A DNA stretch of 64,000 bases, from positions 1,088,001-1,152,000 of the forward strand of contig OY760142.1 in NCBI GenBank assembly GCA_963663225.1. The letters run 5' to 3'. Below are positions 58,261-64,000 of this stretch, piece after piece. A model generated the notes under the pieces. It was not told the origin of the DNA and did not search any database. It was given only the letters and a program-made list of their open reading frames with translations. The stretch's first letter is position 1. The number at the start of each line of letters is the position of its first letter. This DNA comes from Nitrospirota bacterium. GTDB lineage: Bacteria; Nitrospirota; UBA9217. The position numbers were made by a program, and so were the translations under genes.

Positions 58261-60639
58261 TTATTTTTTCAACTCCGCCACCGTCACCCCGGCTCCTCCC
58301 TCAGCCGCTTCTCCCGGCCGTATGGAGGCAACCAGAGGATGGTTTTTCATATAGTCCGTCACTGCCTTTTTAAGCGCGCCGGTGCCCAGGCCGTGAATAA
58401 CGGTCACACTCGAAAAATTATCGATTCTCGACCGGTCGATCAAACGTTCTACCTCGGCAATTCCTTCATCCACCCGGAAGCCGAGTATATTAAGACGGCC
58501 CGGCATTCCCTCTGCTTCGTGAAGTTCCGCTCTCCAGCCCGGCGTGGCGTTGGACCGACGCGCCTGCGCTGCAGGCTCGACCGGGGCGACCTCGCGCAGC
58601 GGAAGTTTTATTTTTTTCCCGCCGATGTCCAGCTGAAGCATTCCCCGCTGAGAATTAAGCACAACGCCGGTTTTGTTCACTCCCCGGATCCGCACGCGTT
58701 CACCCGGCAGATAATCGCGGCTTTGTGCGGCTTGGATGTCCTGGGCGGAAACATCGGGGTCAAGCTTTCCGGCAAGGGAGCCAATCTCTGCTGCCGCTGT
58801 TTTTGCCTCTGCCCTGTCCAGTACGGCAATACTCGAAAGCTCGCGGAGCTTCCGGCGAAGAGCAGCGACCACGTCGCGCGATTCCTGCTTCGCCTGTGCT
58901 TTTACAGTACGGGACTCTTCCTGCGCCGTCTTGAGAAGCAACGACGCTTCGTCTCTCTCTTTTTTTGCTATGGCAAGCTCTTTGTCGAGTTCCTCTCTCG
59001 TTCCAACTAGCCTGCGGGTTTCTTCCTCGATCTGTTTGAGTAATTCATCCAGCTTTGAATCGCCTGATCCCAATCGTTCGCGGGCTTTGAGCACAATGTC
59101 GTTCGGAACGCCCAGCCGGGTTGCCATATCAAGCCCGTAACTTCTGCCCGGCCTGCCGGCTATCAGCCGGTAGGTAGGTTTAAGGGTCTGGAGATCGAAC
59201 TCCATAGCTGCATTGGCCGCTCCCTTCGTTTGCGACCCGAAATACTTGAGAGCGTTATGATGCGTCGTTACAATCGCTGCAATTCCGCGTTCAATTAACT
59301 GTTCAAGCACCGCTGCGCCCAGTGCAGCGCCCTCACCCGGATCAGTCCCGGAGCCGAGTTCATCAAGAAGCACCAGCGATCCTGGTTCTGCCTGCCGGAG
59401 TATGCGGGCAATCTGGCTTATGTGCGAAGAAAACGTGCTGAGATCCTGCTCTAGGCTCTGTTCATCGCCGATATCCGCGAATATCGAATGAAAACACGGA
59501 AGTTCACTCCCCTCCGCTGCGGTTATCGGCAAACCAGACTGCGCCATGAGGCTTAAAAGCCCCACGGTCTTTAAAATCACCGTTTTGCCGCCCGCATTCG
59601 GTCCGCTCAGAATCAGAGCCCGTTTGTGTGAATCCAGAATTATATCGCTCGGGGTGACGCCCGTATTGCCGGGATTGTTCCTGTATTTGTCTACAAGCAA
59701 CGGATGCTTCGCTGCGCAAAGTTTGATGCCTCCATCGGGAGACAGCGCAGGAATGATGCCGTCAAATTCTAGTCCGAACCGCGCACGCGCACATACTGAG
59801 TCAATTTCTGCCAGTGCACTACTCGTTGCCGCTATTGTCGCCGCTTCCTGGGCGACGAGCGCCGTGAGCTCCCGCAGGATGCGTTCAACCTCGTCCCGCT
59901 CATCCATGCGAAGCTCCGCAAGCCGGTTGTTCTGCTCCAGCACGTCAAGAGGTTCGACAAACAGCGTGGATCGGGAACCGGACTGCCCGTGTACCACGCC
60001 CTTCAAGCTGTGCCTGAAATTCGGTTTGAGCGGCAGCACATACCGGTCGTCGCGAATGGTAACCACCGGCTCTTGAATAATTTTCTGAAAGCCGGCATCC
60101 TGCAGAATGTCCGCCATGCGATTCAGAATATCGTCGCGATTTCGTGCAATCAGCTTGCGTATCTTGCGCAGTTCCGGACTGGCTGAATCTTTAACTTCCG
60201 CTTTTTCATCAAGGGCCGCGGCAACCGCGTCCTCAATATGTTTTTGCGGATGAATTACCGACGCCTTGGCGCATAACAGCGGCGCAGATAATCTGGAAGC
60301 TGTTCCTTCGAACTGATGAAAAAATTGTTTTATCCGCCTGCCCGCGCTGAGCGTTTGTGCCGTTTTTAAAAGCTCCTCCGGTGTGAGCAGGAAGCCTGCA
60401 ACGCCGAGTTTATGGATTGCAGGTCTGATATCGGAAATACCGTCAAGCGGTGGAATAATACCGCTCTGGAGAATCCGCGTAAATTCATTCGTTTCCTGAA
60501 GCCGGGTTTTAACAAATTCCGCGTCCCCTGACGGCAGAAGCGCGAGAACCGCATCTCTTCCCGTGCCGGATGCCGTATATCCGGCGACAAGATCAATCAC
60601 TTTATGATATTCAAGCACTCGCAGGGCATGTTCGTTCAT
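58261..60639 (-). CDS. mutS2: Endonuclease MutS2
   Basis: GPNAGGKT, DIGDEQS, LSTFSSH, DELGSGTDP and C-terminal Smr (IHGLGTG). Confidence 0.95.
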   Translation of the reverse strand: MNEHALRVLEYHKVIDLVAGYTASGTGRDAVLALLPSGDAEFVKTRLQETNEFTRILQSGIIPPLDGISDIRPAIHKLGVAGFLLTPEELLKTAQTLSAGRRIKQFFHQFEGTASRLSAPLLCAKASVIHPQKHIEDAVAAALDEKAEVKDSASPELRKIRKLIARNRDDILNRMADILQDAGFQKIIQEPVVTIRDDRYVLPLKPNFRHSLKGVVHGQSGSRSTLFVEPLDVLEQNNRLAELRMDERDEVERILRELTALVAQEAATIAATSSALAEIDSVCARARFGLEFDGIIPALSPDGGIKLCAAKHPLLVDKYRNNPGNTGVTPSDIILDSHKRALILSGPNAGGKTVILKTVGLLSLMAQSGLPITAAEGSELPCFHSIFADIGDEQSLEQDLSTFSSHISQIARILRQAEPGSLVLLDELGSGTDPGEGAALGAAVLEQLIERGIAAIVTTHHNALKYFGSQTKGAANAAMEFDLQTLKPTYRLIAGRPGRSYGLDMATRLGVPNDIVLKARERLGSGDSKLDELLKQIEEETRRLVGTREELDKELAIAKKERDEASLLLKTAQEESRTVKAQAKQESRDVVAALRRKLRELSSIAVLDRAEAKTAAAEIGSLAGKLDPDVSAQDIQAAQSRDYLPGERVRIRGVNKTGVVLNSQRGMLQLDIGGKKIKLPLREVAPVEPAAQARRSNATPGWRAELHEAEGMPGRLNILGFRVDEGIAEVERLIDRSRIDNFSSVTVIHGLGTGALKKAVTDYMKNHPLVASIRPGEAAEGGAGVTVAELKK

Positions 60640-60829
60640 AATATATCGTTACTTCCGCAGTGCCCGCAGTGGAGTCCCCTCCGGCAGGAGCCGGAGGCTC
60701 CCGCGACTTACTGCATTCTCCCTCGACGAGAGTCGGGGGATTCCATGTCGCAGGGATTGAGCAAGACAACTGTCCTGCCTTCAAACCGCATAACAACACG
60801 CCGGACCATTGAACACGATGATGACAGTG

Positions 60830-61789
60830 TTACGCCGCCCGTTTTATCCGTTTAAAACCTGAGCACGCCACAATGCTGATCGGTTCGCGCGCTTCAATTT
60901 TGTCCAGCAAAAGATTCAAGCCAAGTGTATCGCTCGATATATGACCTGCAATCACGACATGGATATGATGCTTTTCAGCCTCTTTCCGATGATCTTCTGT
61001 CAGGTGCATCGCCACCATCGTTCCCACGCCGGACTGCGACAGGCGCTCCATAATATCTTTTGGGCCTTCGGTGCCCCCGGTCATGTCTACGAATATTTTG
61101 CCGCACCGCTGGTCCTCGGCGCCCAACAATATCCTGGGCCCGGCATTGTTCTTGACCGCTTCCTGGTATTCGGGAATTTTTTTCAGTAAATCCATAACAT
61201 CCCGAAGACGGTCCGGTTTTTCATGATCAAACAAATCCTGCAGATAAGCAACAACCATGTTGTCGGCAGGAGTATGCAAACAGACGAAAGGAATATCGAG
61301 GAGCCGGGCTACATCCACCGATCGGGTATGGTTTGCCGGCAAAAGTTTATGCTCCACTTCCTTCATCCGGTCGCGCAAGAGATTTTCGGCAACGTTGATC
61401 GGCACGCCGAACCTGTTAAAAATATCGGCCTGCATCTTCATTACTTCATAGAAATTTGCGTATGCGCGGCCTTCAGGATGGTGCGACACGACAAGGTCAA
61501 TGCCGGCGCCTTTTTGGTTCAGCCGGTCTGCCAGCAGGAGTTCGCCCGCTTCAATATCAATCCCTGCGAGAACTTTTTTTACTTCATTCTGGTGGGAGCC
61601 GTGCAGAATTCTGCTGTCGGTATAGGGGTGTTCGAGTTTTTCCGGATCAAAAACAGCTTGTTCGTCCGGCTTCAGTGCATCAAACGACCTACGGACTTCG
61701 CGCAGCTCTTTTTCAATTGCTGTGCGTCCCCGCAGATCAGCGTCAATTCCAGCCTGAATCGCTGCTGTAAAAAATTCATGAAGTTTCAA
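60830..61789 (-). CDS. NIF3-like dinuclear metal-centre protein (divergent type)
   Basis: SHHPEG, HTPADN and AGHISSD motifs. Confidence 0.8.
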   Translation of the reverse strand: MKLHEFFTAAIQAGIDADLRGRTAIEKELREVRRSFDALKPDEQAVFDPEKLEHPYTDSRILHGSHQNEVKKVLAGIDIEAGELLLADRLNQKGAGIDLVVSHHPEGRAYANFYEVMKMQADIFNRFGVPINVAENLLRDRMKEVEHKLLPANHTRSVDVARLLDIPFVCLHTPADNMVVAYLQDLFDHEKPDRLRDVMDLLKKIPEYQEAVKNNAGPRILLGAEDQRCGKIFVDMTGGTEGPKDIMERLSQSGVGTMVAMHLTEDHRKEAEKHHIHVVIAGHISSDTLGLNLLLDKIEAREPISIVACSGFKRIKRAA

Positions 61790-61888
61790 TGGAAGGAACT
61801 CCCAAAAAATCAGGGGGCCCGGTCTACATGGCCCCCTCTTCAGCCTTAGAATGGCTACTGCACAGACACGTTCGCTTCTGCAGATGCA

Positions 61889-62332
61889 CTAACCAAGCGC
61901 ATGTTTCACGAGCTCACTGATCAGTTTCCCATCGGCACGCCCACCTACCAACGGTATAAGTGCCTTCATGACTTTCCCCATGTCCCGGGAGCCTTGTGCT
62001 CCGGTTTGTGCTATGGTGTCGCGCACCATTGTTTCCAGTTCTTCTCGGGACAACTGCACAGGCAAGTAGGCTTCAAGCACGACAACCTCGGCAGTTTCTT
62101 TATCTACCAAGTCCTGCCTGTTTCCTTTGGCAAATTGCTCAATAGAGTCTTTACGCTGTTTAATAAGAGAGCGAATTGTTTCTATTACCTCTTCCTCGCT
62201 GAGCTGCCGTCTTTTGTCAATTTGTTTGTACTTAAGAGCTGCGTTCAACATCCGAAGTGTGGAAACCTTATCTTTGGCTCCGGTTTTGAGGGCGTTCTTC
62301 AGTTCAGTGTCGATTCGTTCTCTTAATTCCAT
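61889..62332 (-). CDS. GatB/YqeY domain protein
   Basis: KQRKDSIEQF, YLPVQLS and DMGKVMK...GRADG motifs. Confidence 0.93.
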   Translation of the reverse strand: MELRERIDTELKNALKTGAKDKVSTLRMLNAALKYKQIDKRRQLSEEEVIETIRSLIKQRKDSIEQFAKGNRQDLVDKETAEVVVLEAYLPVQLSREELETMVRDTIAQTGAQGSRDMGKVMKALIPLVGGRADGKLISELVKHALG

Positions 62333-62392
62333 TGCATCTCTCTCAGCCAGGTAATTTTACTCGATTGTATATCTGCTACGCCTGCCGCCAGA

Positions 62393-62593
62393 TTAATTTT
62401 GTCTAAAAATTCGTGCTGTTTTAGCGGCTTTTTTGCGTGCTGCCAGGGCTTTTTTCTTGCGTTTTACGCTTGGTTTTTCATAATGTTCCCGTTTTTTTAC
62501 CTCAGAAAGCACGCCTTCTTTTTCTATGCTTTTTTTAAACCTCCTGAGCGCAGCTTCAAACGGTTCGTTTTCTCGCAACCTTATACTCGGCAC
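62393..62593 (-). CDS. rpsU: 30S ribosomal protein S21
   Basis: ALRRFKK...[14 protein letters not shown]. Confidence 0.97.
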   Translation of the reverse strand: MPSIRLRENEPFEAALRRFKKSIEKEGVLSEVKKREHYEKPSVKRKKKALAARKKAAKTARIFRQN

Positions 62594-62817
62594 CTTTACT
62601 ACACCCCCCTCCCACCATATCGCATTGTTATATTAATTTTTTCAATAAAAACAAAATCTTATCTGTTTTCTTTCAGAAAAACGTTGTGCTTTTCTACCAA
62701 AAAAACAGAGAAAACCTAATCATTAAAATTAACAACTCCACCATGGATTGTCAAGTGAAATTTAGTTATTTTTTCGTATGTTCCCAAGAAAAATCGGCCC
62801 TAACGGCGCATGCAATC

Positions 62818-64000
62818 TTAACTACGGTAGGCAGCATTAATTTTTATATATTCACATGTTAAATCACAGGTCCACACCGCAGCAGATGCCTTGCCTTTAT
62901 GTAAATCAATGGTAATCTGCACTTCTCTTTGCTTAAGTGCAAGCGTTGCATCACGCTCTGCCGCCTTGCCCTGGCTGAGCCCCTTTTCAACCAGTTTTGC
63001 CTTGCCTATAAAAATATCTGTTTTTGTCTCTTCCATCTCAACGCCGGAATATCCAAGCGCGGCCATAATCCTGCCCCAGTTGGCATCTTCTCCGGAAAGA
63101 GCAGTCTTGACCAGACTGGATTTCGCCACCGTCATGGCGGCGAGCTTTGCCTCCGTCGGAGTTTTAGCGTTTTTTACCACAATCTCTGCAAACTTGGTTG
63201 CGCCCTCGCCATCACGCACTACCTGCTTTGCCAGAGACAGTGTTATCGTATCAAGGCATGTTTGAAATTTTTTGTTTTCCTTGCTGCCCGGCGCGGGGCG
63301 CTTGTTTCCCGCCGCCCCGTTTGCCATGCAAATAATCATATCGTTTGTGCTCGTGTCGCCATCTACGGTAATGGTGTTAAATGATTTTTCCGTAGAAATC
63401 TGCAATGCCTTCTTAAGCATGGGGGCAGGAATATTGGCATCTGTCACAATGAAGCAAAGCATGGTCGCCATGTTGGGATGGATCATGCCCGATCCTTTGG
63501 CAATACCCGCAATGGTAACGGTTTTACCGCCGATTTCTTCCTGCACGACCGCAATCTTAGGATAGATGTCCGTGGTCATAATCGCCTCTGCTGCCTGCTC
63601 CCAGCCGTTTGAAGACAAAAGTCCAACGGCTGTTGCGATCCCCGTTGCCAGCTTCGGCATGGGCAAAAATTCTCCGATCACACCAGTGGATGCTACATAT
63701 ACGGACTCAGGCTTGATACCGAGCTCCCGAGCGGCAATTTCTGCAGTAGTTCGAACGTCAGCAGCCCCCCGCTTGCCGGTGCATGCATTGGCGCATCCAC
63801 TGTTTGCAATAATTGCCTGTGCTTTTCCGGACTTCACTCTCGCCATATTCTGCAGAACAGAAGGTGCTTTCACCCGGTTTCTTGTGAAAACGCCGGCCAC
63901 GGCGGCTTCACGGTCCGAATAAATGATCGCAAGATCTTTTTTATCCGTCTTTTTGATCCCACAGTGAATGCCCCACACCTTGTAACCAGTCACAGACAAA
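62818..64000 (-). CDS. argJ: Bifunctional ornithine acetyltransferase ArgJ (5' end at the window edge)
   Basis: NSGCANACTG, KGSGMIHPNMATML, DGDTSTND, DGEGATK and INAAYRS motifs. Confidence 0.97.
   Translation of the reverse strand, partial: LSVTGYKVWGIHCGIKKTDKKDLAIIYSDREAAVAGVFTRNRVKAPSVLQNMARVKSGKAQAIIANSGCANACTGKRGAADVRTTAEIAARELGIKPESVYVASTGVIGEFLPMPKLATGIATAVGLLSSNGWEQAAEAIMTTDIYPKIAVVQEEIGGKTVTIAGIAKGSGMIHPNMATMLCFIVTDANIPAPMLKKALQISTEKSFNTITVDGDTSTNDMIICMANGAAGNKRPAPGSKENKKFQTCLDTITLSLAKQVVRDGEGATKFAEIVVKNAKTPTEAKLAAMTVAKSSLVKTALSGEDANWGRIMAALGYSGVEMEETKTDIFIGKAKLVEKGLSQGKAAERDATLALKQREVQITIDLHKGKASAAVWTCDLTCEYIKINAAYRS

Noticed and set aside
60611-60799. 62-aa ORF, or a cobalamin riboswitch, in the mutS2 upstream gap
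   Set aside because: The ORF has no RBS or motif and overlaps mutS2; the B12-box and GGGAA core are not properly present.
1-64000. CRISPR array, rRNA, prophage or IS element
   Set aside because: No regularly spaced repeats, rRNA signatures, phage genes or transposase ORFs were seen.

Overview
Bacterial chromosomal window of roughly 50% GC. Gene content and order suggest a Nitrospirota- or Desulfobacterota-like organism (inference only). It is mostly housekeeping. It holds a polyamine operon (speD-speE-PLP basic-amino-acid decarboxylase) and a complete dcw cluster (mraZ-[STAS]-rsmH-ftsL-ftsI-murE-murF-mraY-murD-ftsW-murG-murC-murB-ddl-ftsQ-ftsA-ftsZ). It also holds prfC, trpB2, ybaK, nhaA, a Tat-exported molybdopterin oxidoreductase operon, rnpB, a CAT-anticodon tRNA, rpoD-dnaG-mutS2, rpsU and argJ. 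The main items needing a second look are: (1) an unannotated Arg-rich leader ORF (MCVGWRRRKFRRI) inside an alternatively foldable leader ahead of speD, a candidate peptide-controlled polyamine/arginine attenuator; (2) a decayed integron with an intI remnant, a Pc-like promoter, two attC sites and two cassettes, one of unknown function; (3) a divergent Mo/W-bis-PGD enzyme with hybrid motifs, no membrane quinol subunit and tandem ModE-like boxes; (4) a STAS protein lacking the canonical phospho-Ser, inserted between mraZ and rsmH; (5) several structured intergenic segments. All calls come from motif recognition by eye; no database searches were run.
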